Assembly (NCBI GenBank): GCA_963666055.2
Contig: CAXWPH010000015.1
Coordinates: 192,001-256,000 of the forward strand
Reading direction: 5' to 3'
Length of the DNA stretch: 64,000 nucleotides
Origin: Acidobacteriota bacterium
GTDB lineage: Bacteria; Acidobacteriota; UBA890; WLXD01
Notes under the pieces: generated by a model
Told to the model about the DNA's origin: nothing
The model's database searches: none
Seen by the model: the letters and a program-made list of their open reading frames with translations, nothing else
Program-made: the position numbers and the translations under genes
In this document: positions 13,320 to 24,571 of the stretch, piece by piece
Layout of the letters: each line of letters opens with the position of its first letter
Position numbering within the stretch: position 1 is the stretch's first letter

Positions 13320-14649
13320 ATGACGAGACTGACCAAGAAAATCGTCGATGCCGCCGTCCCCAGACAACGCCCCTACTTCATCTGGTGCGGGGAGCTGTCG
13401 GGCTTCGGCCTGCGCGTGTTCCCGTCAGGCAAGCGCACCTACTATGCCGACTACCGCAACCGTGACGGTGTGCGCAGGCGCATGGCGCTCGGGCCACACG
13501 GCAAGCTCACGGCCGATGAAGCTCGCAAACTCGCCGTAGTGGCGTTCGCCGGGGCACTCAAGGGCGGCGATCCGGCCGCCGAGCGTGCCACACGCCGTAA
13601 CACCCTCACTGTCGGTGAGTTGTGCGACAAGTACATGCAGGCCGCCGAAGGGGGCCTGATCGTTGGCAAGCGGGGCAGGCCCAAGAAGGCATCCACTCTG
13701 TACAACGATCAGGGGCCGGATCCAACGCCATATCAAGCCGCTCTTGGGAACCAAGCGAGTTCACGAGTTGACGCAAGCGGACGTGAACCGCTTCATTCGC
13801 GACGTGGCCGCAGGCAAGACGGCGGTGGTGGAGAAGACGGCCAAAGCGCGCGGCAAGGCCGTGGTCACGGGGGGTCTTGGCGCCGCCACTCGTTGCGTCG
13901 GCCTGCTGGGCAGCATCCTGTCCTTTGCGGTGTCCGAAGGGGTGATCCCGTTCAACCCGGTGCATGGGGTCAAACGGCCCGCGTACAATCGCCGCACGCG
14001 GCGCTTGAACGCCGAGGAGTACAGGGCTCTCGGCGCGGCCTTGCAGGGTGCCGAGGATGAAGGCAGCAACGGTCCGAGCCCTCATGGTCATGCGGTTGCT
14101 GGCGCTGACCGGATGCCGTGTTGGCGAAGTCACGAACCTGAAATGGTCCGAGGTGGACTTCGAGGGGCGGTGCTGGCGTCTGGAAGACTCCAAGACGGGT
14201 GCGTCGGTTCGTCCGATCGGGCGGGCGGCGTTGGATGTGCTAGGCACTGTGGAGCCGGATGAACGGTTGCCTATCTGTTTCCAGCTGCTCGCGGCAAGGG
14301 ACCGGTCACGGTAGATGGGATGCGTCCCCTTTGGCGCAAGATCGTCCAAGGCGCTGCACTAGAGGGTGTTACCTTCCACACTCTGCGTCACTCCTACGCC
14401 AGCATGGCGGGCGATCTGGGCTTCACCGAGCACACCATCGCCGCCCTTGTGGGCCATGCGGCCAGTTCGGTAACGAGCCGCTACATCCACCACCTTGATA
14501 GCGTGCTGATCGCGGCCGCCGACAGGGTGGCGGGGCGCATCCACGAGCTGATGACAGGGGGAGATCAGGCAACGGTTCTACACTCAGGAAGGGAACCGCG
14601 GTCGGCGACAACCGAGTCCATCACCGGCTCGCTACAGGCGACTTCCTAG
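13320..14649 (+). pseudogene. Tyrosine recombinase/integrase with N-terminal arm-binding domain, frameshifted into four pieces
   Basis: LTKKIVD..GFGLRV..GKRTY; TGCRVGE, DSKTG, HTLRH, LVGH, SRY spread over ORFs at 13320, 13663, 14048 and 14320. Confidence 0.9.
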
Positions 14650-14929
14650 CGCGGCACGGTAGGGGGACCCGATCTCCTCAGGGGGGAGTTGTTGAGGTAT
14701 CTTCGACGGCTTCGTGCGCCGCGATTTCGAGGTCCATGCTCCGCGTGATCACCGATCTCCGTCCGCGGTGCCGTCGCCCAGTTGCGCTACCGGGGTCGTG
14801 CGGAAGGCCCGCAGACTAGGGCGCAAGCGTATTAGAGCCGCTGAGAGCCGCCGCCGCCGCACCCAGCATCAGAGATTTGGTATGCGGTACCCGCCGGCGA
14901 TCCTGGGCCGCTGTGTGGCGGCTGCACCG

Positions 14930-15075
14930 TGCGCCTATCCCTGAATCGCGATGGCGTGCTCCGCAGCCGGGGACGCTGCTTCGCCGCGCCTATCGGGGCC
15001 GCGACCTGGTGGTCGAAGTGCTCGATGGGCTTCACGTTCGAGAGGCGCCGCTACCGGTCGCTGTCGGCCATTCAC
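14930..15075 (+). pseudogene. DUF2924-family fragment
   Basis: PQPGTLLRRAYRGRDLVVEVLDG / FTFERRRYRSLSAI across a frameshift. Confidence 0.7.
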
Positions 15076-15184
15076 GGGCGTGCCCGAGCCGTACCCTTCA
15101 CCCATCCTGCTCCTCCAGGTGCCCAGGGCACTGCCTGGTCCCATAGTGATGCATCTGCTCGAAGTCCGCGACGAGAAGTCGGCC

Positions 15185-15241
15185 TTAGGTTCAGGATCTA
15201 GTGGGCGCAAGCCCCGTGGGGTTCAAGACCATCCTGGGAAC
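15185..15241 (+). pseudogene. 3' fragment of tRNA-Leu(CAG), probable att remnant
   Basis: ttagg-TTCAGGA-tctag anticodon arm, gggcgcaagccc variable arm, GGTTCAAG T-loop; no D arm. Confidence 0.6.
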
Positions 15242-15494
15242 TTCGGTTTAACCTCTTATAAAATAAGAAGATACCGAGGGGACGGGGCATTTCGTTTCGG
15301 TCCCCTTTCGCCGCTTTAGTGGCGAAAGTTAACAAACAGTTAACAAAACGGTCGCGAATGCGTCGGCAGCGGAAGTAATGGTGCCGGTTGTCGACGGGGA
15401 CATCGTACGCTCGATGCAGTGGGCCGACACGGCATAGCAAGTTCCTTATTAAGCTTGCCGACTCTCTCGGCATCATCAAGAACCACCAGGCTAG

Positions 15495-15706
15495 ATCATG
15501 CCCGCGAACTTTCGCCGCCATGCGTACAACGTCTGCGGGCTCACCCCCATCTTCCGCCAGATCTAGCGCACCGGCGTCCCGCCTCCGCGCGTACGCGATC
15601 TGCTCGTCCGTGTACCTCTTCTTCTTCATCGGTCCTCCCTGTTCGAGGACCACGTTACTCCGATTCCGTCAACCTCCAGCTGGACCAGTTCTCGGGGTTT
15701 GGGTCA
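15495..15706 (-). mobile_element. IS3-family left end and orfA remnant
   Basis: TGACCCAAACCCCGAGAACTGGTCCA terminus; MKKKRYTDEQIAYA. Confidence 0.72.
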
Positions 15707-15805
15707 CGACTCAGCCTGCAGTCATGTCGCCCAGCCTCACTCTGCACCCCGGCGCGCCTTCCTCACTTCTATCTGGCCCCCGCAGCCCACATATCCCCGT
15801 ATCCC

Positions 15806-15971
15806 CTACGCGGCCTCGTAGGTGATCGAGAAGATCGTGTCCGTCAGCCACCGGCGGAACGGCTCGTTGTCGCTGAACTGCTTGAACAGCTCCGTGTCGT
15901 CGTTCAGCAACGCCGTCATCACCCGCTGGGGCGCCTTGTCGTGCTCGATCCGCGCGTTCTGCTTGTCGGAG
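15806..15971 (-). pseudogene. hsdR: C-terminal tail of a type I restriction endonuclease R subunit, cut by an IS
   Basis: SDKQNARIEHDKAPQRVMTALLNDDTELFKQFSDNEPFRRWLTDTIFSITYEAA*; abuts the IS terminus at 15972. Confidence 0.75.
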
Positions 15972-16767
15972 TGACCTGACCCCCGAAAACGGGTCCAGAT
16001 GTAATCTCACGATCTGGGACCAGAAAGGGAGGTCAGAATGCCGGTCAAGAGGCACAGCGCCGAGCAGATCGTGCGCAAGCTCCGGGAGGGTTAAGTGGAG
16101 CTGGCGCGAGGCGCGACGGTCAAGGATGCCTGTCGCAAGCTAGCGATCACCGAGCACACCTACTACCGGTGGCGGCGCGAGTACGGCGGGCTGAAGCTGA
16201 ACCAGGCGCGGAAGCTCAAACAGCTCGAGAAGGACAACTCCCGGCTCAAGAAGCTGGTGGCGGACAAGGAGCTCGACCTGGCGATCCTCAAGGAGGTCGC
16301 GGAGGGAAACTTCTGAGCCCAGCACGTCGGCGCGAGGCGGTAGCTCACGTACGACGGCAGCTGGGCGTAACCGAAAGACGATCCTGCCGGGTGCTCAGGC
16401 AGCCCAGGAGGACACCGCGATACGTGCCGAGGCCGGCGGACGACGAGCAACTGGTGAGGGACAGGATCGTGGAGTTAGCTCGGGAGTATGGACGTTATGG
16501 GTACCGGAGGGTGACGGTGTTGATGCGCATGCAGGGCTGGCTCGTGAACCACAAACGAGTGCAGCGGATCTGGCGTAGCGAAGGCCTGAAAGTGCCGAAG
16601 AGGCAGCCCAAACGAGCCCGGCTCTGGTTCAACGATGGCTCGTGTATCCGGCTGCAACCGGAGCGCAAGAACCACGTGTGGGCGTATGACTTCGTCCATG
16701 ACCGGACGCACGATGGCCGGTCCATGAGGATGTTGACGATCGTGGACGAGTACACCCGCGAGAGCCT
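15972..16767 (+). mobile_element. IS3-family element, truncated
   Basis: IRL TGACCTGACCCCCGAAAAC; orfA has an internal TAA; orfB ([22 protein letters not shown]) is cut by the next IS. Confidence 0.9.
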
Positions 16768-18027
16768 TGACCTGACCCCACGGTTAGTACCACGTCTTAT
16801 CTCAGTAACTCGGTGCTGACAAGGGGTTGTTGAGGCCGGCGAAGCGGAGCGTAGCCGGCTTCAACAACAGCGCCTCCGGGGCCGGTGGTCGGTAGCCCAA
16901 CGAGCTGTGCGGTCGCATGCGGTTGTACTGCTGCCTCCATCTCTCGATCAGAACCTTTGCCTCCTTGAGCGTGTAGAAGATCTCGCCGTTGAGCAGCTCG
17001 TCTCGGAGCTTGCCGTTGAAGCTCTCCACGTAGCCGTTCTCCCACGGCGAGCCCGGCTCGATGAACAGCGTGCCCACACCGAGCCTACCGAGCCAGTCGC
17101 GAACCGCCTCGGCGGTGAACTCCGGTCCGTTATCGGACCGGATGTGCTCAGGTATGCCCCGGTGCACGAACAACCACCCGAGCCGCTCGAGCACGTCCTC
17201 ACAGTTGAGCTTCCGTGCCACGTCGATCGCCAGGCTTTCTCGTGTGTACTCATCGACGATCGTCAGCAGCCTCATAGCCCGACCCTCGTGCGTCCGGTGA
17301 TGGACGAAGTCATACGCCCAGACGTGATCTTTGCGCTGTGGTCGCAGCCGGATGCACGAGCCATCGCTGAGCCACAGCCGGGCTCGTTTGGGCTGCTTTG
17401 TCGGTACTTTCAGCCCCTCACGCCTCCAGATACGCTGCACTCGTTTGTGGTTCACCCACCAGCCCTCCATACGCAACAACGCCGTCACTCGCCGATACCC
17501 GTAGCGCCCGTATTGTCGGGCTAGATCCACGATCCGCTCCGTCAACATCTGCTCATCGCCCGGTTCTGTTGGCATGTACCTGTGTGTCGTGCGTGGTTGT
17601 TTCAGTACCCGGCACGCCCGCCTCTCGGAGACGCCCAGCCGCCCCCGTACATGCGCCACCGCCTCGCGCCGTCGAGCTGGGCTCAGAAGTTTCCCTCCGC
17701 GACTTCCTTCAGGATCGACAGGTCGAGCTCTTTCTCCGCCACCAGTTTCTTGAGCCGGGCGTTTTCTTTCTCCAGCTGCTTGAGCCTTCTGGCCTGGTTG
17801 ACCTTCAGCCCCCCCTACTCCCGCCGCCACCGATAGTAGGTGTGCTCGGTGATCGCTAGCTTGCGGCAGGCATCCTTGACCGTCCCGCCTTGCGCCAGCT
17901 CCACTTCAGCCTCCCGGAGCTTGCGTACGATCTGCTCGGCGCTGTGCCTCTTCGTCGGCATTCTGACCTCCCCTTTTCGACCCAGATCGTGAGATTACCT
18001 CTGGATCCGTTTTGGGGGGTCAGGTCA
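16768..18027 (-). mobile_element. Full-length IS3-family element (1260 bp) with a premature TAG in orfA
   Basis: TGACCTGACCCC at both ends; orfB DDE motifs [21 protein letters not shown]; orfA reads RRE*GGLK. Confidence 0.93.
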
Positions 18028-18221
18028 GGAGGCCAAAACCCGTACCACTGAAAGAGGCTCGTCGAGAGACGGTTGTCCGGACAGCCGGTGCCGGAGCGCA
18101 CCGTGGCGTCTCTGTTGGCGGCAAGGGCAAGCCAGACGCCGCTAACGCCCTGAAGAATCAAAGGGATATCGGCCTTGATCTCGGAAACTCCCGCAGTCGT
18201 ATCGGTTGATTAGGTGGTAGG

Positions 18222-18309
18222 CGGGGAAGGTGGGATTCGAACCCACGGTACGGGGTTAACCATACGCGCGCTTTCCAAGCGGCTCTTTCGGCCTCTCGGA
18301 CACCTCTCC
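18222..18309 (-). pseudogene. Degenerate tRNA-Ser(GGA)
   Basis: GGAGAGGTGTCCGAG..TTGGAAA..long variable arm..GGTTCGAATCCC; A-C mismatch in the acceptor stem, shortened anticodon stem, CCT instead of CCA. Confidence 0.75.
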
Positions 18310-18404
18310 GCAGGATTCGCGACTGCCATCTACAGTAGGCGCGGTCGCGCCTATGTTCGGCTGATCGGACCTAAACGCGAGGATCGCGCTATCGGGCCGG
18401 GCGG

Positions 18405-19591
18405 TCGCTTTGGAGGCGCTTCGGGAGGAAGCGACGATGGCGGAGCTGGCAGCCCGCTACGATGTGCATCCGAACCTGATCGCCAACTGGAAGAAGAAGG
18501 CTCGGCAGAAGGTACTGGCCGGCTTCTCGGGCAAGCAAGAGCGGGATGAGGTCTCTCGGGAGGCGGAGATCAAGGAGCTGCGGGCGAAGATCGGAGAGCT
18601 CGTCATCGAGCGGGATTTTTTATCCAAAGTCTTCGGTCGTTGAGCCGCGGCCGGAGAGTAGCGATGATTGATCGCGACCACGCACGGCTCAGCAGCGCGC
18701 GACAGTGCTGCTTGGTGTCAATCGCGCGCTCGTCGTTCTACTACGAGGGCAAGGGCGAGAGCCCGTTGAACCTGCGCCTGATGCGGTTGATCGGCGAGCA
18801 GTTTTTGGAGACGCCGTTCTACGGCTCCCGTCAGATGAAACGCTGGCTACGTCGTCAGGGCTACACGGTCTCTCGCAAGCGGGTGCGCCGCCTGATGCGG
18901 CTGCTGCGGTTGCAAGCTATCTTCCAGCGGCCCAGGACGTCTCAGCCGCACCCGGAGCACAGGATCTATCCCTACCTGCTGGGCGATCTGCAGATCACGC
19001 GACCGAACCACGTTTGGTGTGCGGATGTGACCTACATCCCGCTGCAGCGAGGTTTTCTGTACCTGGTTGCGGTGATGGACTGGGCGAGCCGCAAGGTGCT
19101 GTCCTGGCGCCTGTCCAACACGCTCGATGCGAGCTTCTGCGTCGAGGCCTTGCAAGAGGCTCTCGAGCGCTACGGTGCGCCCGAGATCTTCAACACTGAT
19201 CAGGGTAGCCAATTCACCAGCGTCGACTTCACCGACGCGCTCAAGGAGGCCGGCATTCGGATCTCCATGGACGGCAAGGGCCGCTGGATGGACAACGTCT
19301 TCATCGAGCGGCTGTGGCGATCACTGAAATACGAGCAAGTCTATCTGTCAGAGTACGCGACTGGCTCCGAGGCTCGGGCCGGGATCGGCTGCTGGATGGA
19401 CTTCTACAACGAGCGCCGACCGCACTCGTCGCTCGACGACCGGACGCCCGAGGAGGCGTACACTGACGACGGGGCTGAAAGGAGCCTGGGGCTACGCCCC
19501 GTCTCCTGTCAGCCCAAGGCAGCCTGAATCATGAACCCGGATTCCACCTTAGCTGTGACCCAAACCTGTCCAAAGGATGGGGTCCACCTCT
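18405..19591 (+). mobile_element. IS3-family element with 5'-truncated orfA and intact orfB (18640-19527)
   Basis: HVWCADVTY, FNTDQGSQF, DNVFIERLW; right end ...GGGGTCCACCTC. Confidence 0.9.
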
Positions 19592-19949
19592 ACCGGCACC
19601 GCTGCCACCCACCCGAGCGCCGCCAACCGATGCTCGCGACCAGCGACCCCGAGGCGATCGCCAGCGCGCAACCAGCGCCCGAGCTCGAACCCGACAGCCA
19701 GTAGCCGCCAGGCGCCAGAGGGGGGCGGACGGGTCCCCGAGGGCGAGACGTATTCCCGTTTCCGTTGGACTTCCCCAGGGAATGCCCTCCTTCTACTCCA
19801 GTTCGGACGAGCTAACCTCGGGGGGCGCGGTGACTCGTACGACTATAAGAAGCCAACGTGATTCGGTCCGGCATGGAGATGTGAGCACGCTGAGTGAGCT
19901 GAGTTCCATCCCGCCCGTTGCTATCCGACCAGCGCACCCCCGCACCGCA

Positions 19950-20365
19950 ATGCCCGAGCGCCCCGAGGCTCTGCTGCGCCCTCCGCACCGCCCGACGTCG
20001 AGGCGCCGGGCCCAGAAATTTCCCGACGATGCCTCCTTGCAAAATCGCGTTATCGAGCATCAGCCAGCAACTTCTTCAGCCGGGCGTTGTCGCGCTCGAA
20101 CTCCTTGAGCCACCGTGCTTGATCCACCCTCAGGCCGCCGTACTCCTTGCGCCACCGGTACTATCGTGTTCTCGTTGATACCCAGGTTACGGCAAACTTC
20201 TTGGTACCTTGGCACCCTTCGCCAGCTCCACTTCCGCCTCCCTGAGCTTGGCGATGATCTGCTCTACGCTGTAGCGCTTCCGTGCCATTCATCCCCCTTC
20301 CCGAACCAGCCTCAGAGCCTCAATTCCTAACTCTCAAACTGACCCAACTATCGGGGGTCAGGTCA
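19950..20365 (-). mobile_element. IS3-family left end and degraded orfA
   Basis: TGACCTGACCCCCGATAG terminus; [32 protein letters not shown] with frameshifts. Confidence 0.8.
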
Positions 20366-20455
20366 CCTTTGCCGGAGGGCCAGCTGGTTTTGTGCCGCAT
20401 GGCGGTGGGCGCGCCGCATTGCTGCGTGTGCTGTCCGTGACCGATCAGGCAGTTA

Positions 20456-21415
20456 TTAGAAGGCGTACTTCAGGTTCATGCTGAGGTCGAACATGGCGAT
20501 ATCGTGGCTCGTCATCCAGCCTTGCACTGGCTCGCTTCCATCACGTCGCACGTTAGGCTCGTGACTGCGTAACGGGTCCCAGACAGTGGCATCGGTGAGG
20601 GACGAGTAGTTGACCCAGCGGCCCCGGACGCCCAGCGATACTCGCTCGGTGAGGACATGATCAGCACCGAGCAGCACCTGATAGCCGAACAGCGTGTCGC
20701 TGAGTTCGCTTTGCGCACTGCTTACGGTGCCAGCCAGGTTCCGGCGGAACACAGCTAGCTGGGCTTCGGATTCAAACGGGAAGTCTGCGCCCGTGATGAT
20801 CTTGCTCGGGTCGGGGTTCCTCGCCCAAACGCTCCCGAAGTCCACATCGGTAAACCCGACTCCGGCACCAACCCCGACATAGGGGGTGAGCCGGCTGCTG
20901 TTGACGAAATCGAAATACAGGTTCCCGAACAGGTTGTGTGAGGTCAGGTTACCGAGACGTTCCTCGGCCCGTTCGATCTCTTGACCGAGCTTGGCGAAGT
21001 TAACCCCCGCAGCGCTCGCAACCGGCGATGTCTGATCGTACTCCGAGTTGTAGAAGAAGTACTCCAACTCGAGCCGAAACCGCCCCCCCAGGCGATAGCC
21101 GAGCGCCCCGCCGGCCGCAATGCCCTTGGCCTTGTCAAACACGCTCTTCCAGGTATCCCCCTCTCCGCGAGCGGCCGTCGTGCACCGCTCTCCGCCCAGC
21201 AAGTACCACGGGTTGAGGAACTCGTCGCACGCGCTTTCCCGGTCGTCGCTGTCTCCGATTAGATCCATCCCCGAGGCGAAGCTAGCGCCCCGCTCGCTGC
21301 TCAGATAAAAGCCACTGTTCGCCTGTGCCCAGGCCGGGCCAACACTAACGCCGATAAACGCGACCAGCAGTACGCAGGTCCGTAGGATCAGTGCTCTGAA
21401 AGACCGTTTGTGCAT
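20456..21415 (-). CDS. Outer-membrane beta-barrel protein (opacity/OmpW/P44-like)
   Basis: Signal peptide ending AWA, FRLELEY, LTPYVGVGAG, terminal LKYAF. Confidence 0.82.
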   Translation of the reverse strand: MHKRSFRALILRTCVLLVAFIGVSVGPAWAQANSGFYLSSERGASFASGMDLIGDSDDRESACDEFLNPWYLLGGERCTTAARGEGDTWKSVFDKAKGIAAGGALGYRLGGRFRLELEYFFYNSEYDQTSPVASAAGVNFAKLGQEIERAEERLGNLTSHNLFGNLYFDFVNSSRLTPYVGVGAGVGFTDVDFGSVWARNPDPSKIITGADFPFESEAQLAVFRRNLAGTVSSAQSELSDTLFGYQVLLGADHVLTERVSLGVRGRWVNYSSLTDATVWDPLRSHEPNVRRDGSEPVQGWMTSHDIAMFDLSMNLKYAF

Positions 21416-21481
21416 CGCTTACTTCCCTACTAGAGAGGATACCGTAGGGTTGCTTTATTGGAGTTCCCCATGGTCATGCCT

Positions 21482-24385
21482 TCATCCATCTAACTGGAAG
21501 CCCCAGTCATAGTTGACGCGCGCGTAGTAGTAAGCTCCGTTAAAGCCGAACGGCGAAAACTGGCCGTAGTAGTTACCTGTCCCGGCTGCAGCCAGTGGAT
21601 TGACCTCCGGTTGCGTGTTCAGGAGGTTCTGGGCCCCTGTAGAGAAAGTGAGATGGTCGTTAATCGGTACGTCGAACACGACATCGAGGAGCGCCTTGCC
21701 CGCGTACAACTCGTACAGGTAAGACATATCGGGGTCGCCGAGCGTTGCGGACGCCCAGGCTCTGGCGTCCTCCCGGTCCCAGTATTTGCCGAAGAAGTTC
21801 ATGCGTGCCATCAGGCTCCACCGGGGGGCCGTGTGGTCAACGGCGATGTTCCATCGCATCTGAGGCAACCCGCGTTCGATTGCGCTGCGACGGTCGTCGT
21901 CGATGGTCTCGGACGTGAAGGACGTGATCTTGGTCGAGGTGTAGTTGAAAACGACGCTAAAGACAGTTTCGCTGCCCAGCCCTGTCGTGGCGTAGGTCGA
22001 CACGACATCGACACCTTCCGTCTTGGTCGCGAAGTCGTTCACGAAGAAGCGGAACTTCTGCAGGTTGGCCGCCTCGACGAACCCGCCCGCAATCAACGAC
22101 ATGGTCTCATCCGCCGTGAGCGAGAAGTTCTTCGTGATGGTGAGGCGATCCGAGACGTTGATCCGGAAGTAGTCGGCGGTAAACGTGAAGGCGCCGTTGT
22201 CGACGACCGCTCCGCCCGAATAGTTGATCGAATTTTCAGGCTGGAGTGGTTTCCCTCCCCGCAGCGCCGCGGCCGGGGAGATCGACGGAATCGTGCCGTT
22301 ATTGACAAGATCCATGAGTGCGAAGTCGTACTCGGTCGTCACGTTGAACGCATTCTGCTGCCCTGGGGTGGGCGCACGGAACCCGCTACTGATCGCCGAG
22401 CGTAAGGCGACGGTCTCGGTAAATTCGTACCGTCCGGCGAGTTTGCTGTTCATCGTGGTACCGAAGCCTTCGAAATCTTCGAGCCGGACGGCGGCGCCCA
22501 GGGTCCACTCATTGGCTACGCCGCCCACCTCGACATCGCCGTAGACCGCAACGTTGGCACGGTTCCAGGTGCCGGAGTTCTCGGGCCGGGTGCCGTTGTA
22601 GCCGTTGGACCCGGAGCTGAATCCCTGCGATGCATAGGGGCCGATGGCCCATGAGGCGGGGTCGCCGGCACCGAGATGGTACTGCTCCTGGCGCCACTCG
22701 GCGCCGCCCGCCACGTTGACCGTATCGCTTGCGACATAGGATAGGTCGAGGTTCACGCTGAGATCGGTCTGCCGCAACAAGTTCGGCCTGAACTGAGTCG
22801 GGCTTTCTGGGCCGAGGGAGGCGTTCACGGTGTCATAGATGAACGTATCGACCTCGTTCCGGCCCCAGCTCACGCTCGCGTCCCAGGTAAGACCGTTGGC
22901 CATGAATCCGCGTATACCGGTAACCACCGACGCGTCGAACAGGTCACCGCCGAACTGTGGCGTGAACCCTCCTGGAAGGCCACCGGGCGCGCCAGAGAAG
23001 GGTTGATGGAACGTGAAACAGTTCGGGTTATTGGTAACCTGGTCGAAGGCGAGCGGGTCGGGGACATTGTCGGTGATGGTTACCGTCGGACAGTTGGCCG
23101 AACCCTGGCCGTTAGCGGCTAGCACGTCGCCGACGAGCAACGTGTCGCCGCCGTCGATGCTGAAAACCGAGCCGCGGGTATTCGGGTTTCGGTAGTAGAA
23201 GCCGCCGGTCACCTTCTTGCTCGCGTAGTTGCTGTGCGCATACCACTGCAGCCTGTTGGCGAACAGGTAGCCGAAATTGCCGAAGACCTTCAGGTCGTCC
23301 TCGATCTTCGGCACGCCCCAGACCTGGGCAGTGTCTCGAACGTTCAGGTTGCCGGCTGCCCGGAGCGCCGCAGCATCGTCACGCTGGATGGCACGGTTGG
23401 TCGGGCCCACGTTACCGTATTCCAGGCTCAGGTTTGCGAACCCAGTCGCACCCAGCGGCAACCCAACGTTGCCGGCGACGGTGTATGCACCGCCGTTGCC
23501 GCCGATGCCGTTACAGGACGTGCCGGGAATCCCGCAGGTGCCTTGGTCGCCTGTGTTGACGTCGAAGAACCGTCCAGTGCGTAACTGTATGCTGCCGCCG
23601 GAGCGGGCCTCCTTGAGCTGGAAGTTCATGACGCCGGCGATCGCATCCGATCCATACTGCGCCGACGCGCCGTCGCGAAGCACCTCAACCTGCCGCAGCG
23701 CGATGGAGGGGATGACCGAGATGTCCGGACCTTGTGAACCGTCCGAGAGCCCGTTGCCGAGCCAGGTGATGACCGCGGCGCGGTGGCGACGCTTACCGTT
23801 CACCAGGACGAGCGTGTGGTCGGGCGCCAGGCCGCGCAGGTTGGCCGGACGGATGATCGAGGCCGCATCGCTGATCGGCTGCGTGTTGACGTTGAAGGAA
23901 GGCACGGAGGTTCGCAATTGGTTGGTGAGATCGGCGTAACCTTGGCTAGCGAGCTCATCGGCGGTGATGACGTCGACGGGCACGGCGGACTCGGTCGCCG
24001 ATCGTGGCTGGGCACGGCTGCCGACAACGACCACTTCCTCGTGGAGTTGCACGGACATCTCGATATCGACAGTTACCGTCGCCCCGGCGGTGAGATCCAC
24101 CTGCTCGCGCACGACCGTGGTGAAGCTGGGCAGGCTGAAACTCACGTCGTACACACCAGGCGGCAGGGCGATGGTAAACTTGCCGTTGTTGTCGGTGAAC
24201 GTGGTCTGCCGGACCTGACCGCCGGGCATTTGGCTGCGCACCTGCACGGCGACACCGGGCAGACTGTACTCCGCGATGGTAACCGTGCCAGAAATCACCG
24301 CGTCTTGCTGGGCGGCGGAGACAACAGGCACAAATAGGAGGGCGGTGAAAACCAGCCCACCAGCGACGGATTGATGGGATCTCAT
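21482..24385 (-). CDS. TonB-dependent receptor with N-terminal carboxypeptidase-regulatory-like domain
   Basis: GAGG RBS and signal peptide; EEVVVVGSR, LVLVNGKRRH, VEVLRDGASAQYGSDAIAGVMN, SGFRAP. Confidence 0.93.
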   Translation of the reverse strand: MRSHQSVAGGLVFTALLFVPVVSAAQQDAVISGTVTIAEYSLPGVAVQVRSQMPGGQVRQTTFTDNNGKFTIALPPGVYDVSFSLPSFTTVVREQVDLTAGATVTVDIEMSVQLHEEVVVVGSRAQPRSATESAVPVDVITADELASQGYADLTNQLRTSVPSFNVNTQPISDAASIIRPANLRGLAPDHTLVLVNGKRRHRAAVITWLGNGLSDGSQGPDISVIPSIALRQVEVLRDGASAQYGSDAIAGVMNFQLKEARSGGSIQLRTGRFFDVNTGDQGTCGIPGTSCNGIGGNGGAYTVAGNVGLPLGATGFANLSLEYGNVGPTNRAIQRDDAAALRAAGNLNVRDTAQVWGVPKIEDDLKVFGNFGYLFANRLQWYAHSNYASKKVTGGFYYRNPNTRGSVFSIDGGDTLLVGDVLAANGQGSANCPTVTITDNVPDPLAFDQVTNNPNCFTFHQPFSGAPGGLPGGFTPQFGGDLFDASVVTGIRGFMANGLTWDASVSWGRNEVDTFIYDTVNASLGPESPTQFRPNLLRQTDLSVNLDLSYVASDTVNVAGGAEWRQEQYHLGAGDPASWAIGPYASQGFSSGSNGYNGTRPENSGTWNRANVAVYGDVEVGGVANEWTLGAAVRLEDFEGFGTTMNSKLAGRYEFTETVALRSAISSGFRAPTPGQQNAFNVTTEYDFALMDLVNNGTIPSISPAAALRGGKPLQPENSINYSGGAVVDNGAFTFTADYFRINVSDRLTITKNFSLTADETMSLIAGGFVEAANLQKFRFFVNDFATKTEGVDVVSTYATTGLGSETVFSVVFNYTSTKITSFTSETIDDDRRSAIERGLPQMRWNIAVDHTAPRWSLMARMNFFGKYWDREDARAWASATLGDPDMSYLYELYAGKALLDVVFDVPINDHLTFSTGAQNLLNTQPEVNPLAAAGTGNYYGQFSPFGFNGAYYYARVNYDWGFQLDG

Positions 24386-24571
24386 ATCTACCTCAGACGT
24401 GTCCCGGAATGTTGCGGAAAAACGGATCATCGTAGCCTCTACGCAAGCAGTGGATAATACCATCCTAAAGGGTACGTATCCGTCCCTGGTTCGGTGACTC
24501 CTGGGGTCGGTGGGAGCTGGGTCGTAGTCAACGGGCTTCTTTGCGCGACCAGATTCAAACTCAGCCACTAC

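Noticed and set aside
24386-24568. Longer start for the TonB receptor (1028 aa)
   Set aside because: The RBS and signal peptide point to 24385; the extension runs up to the IS end.
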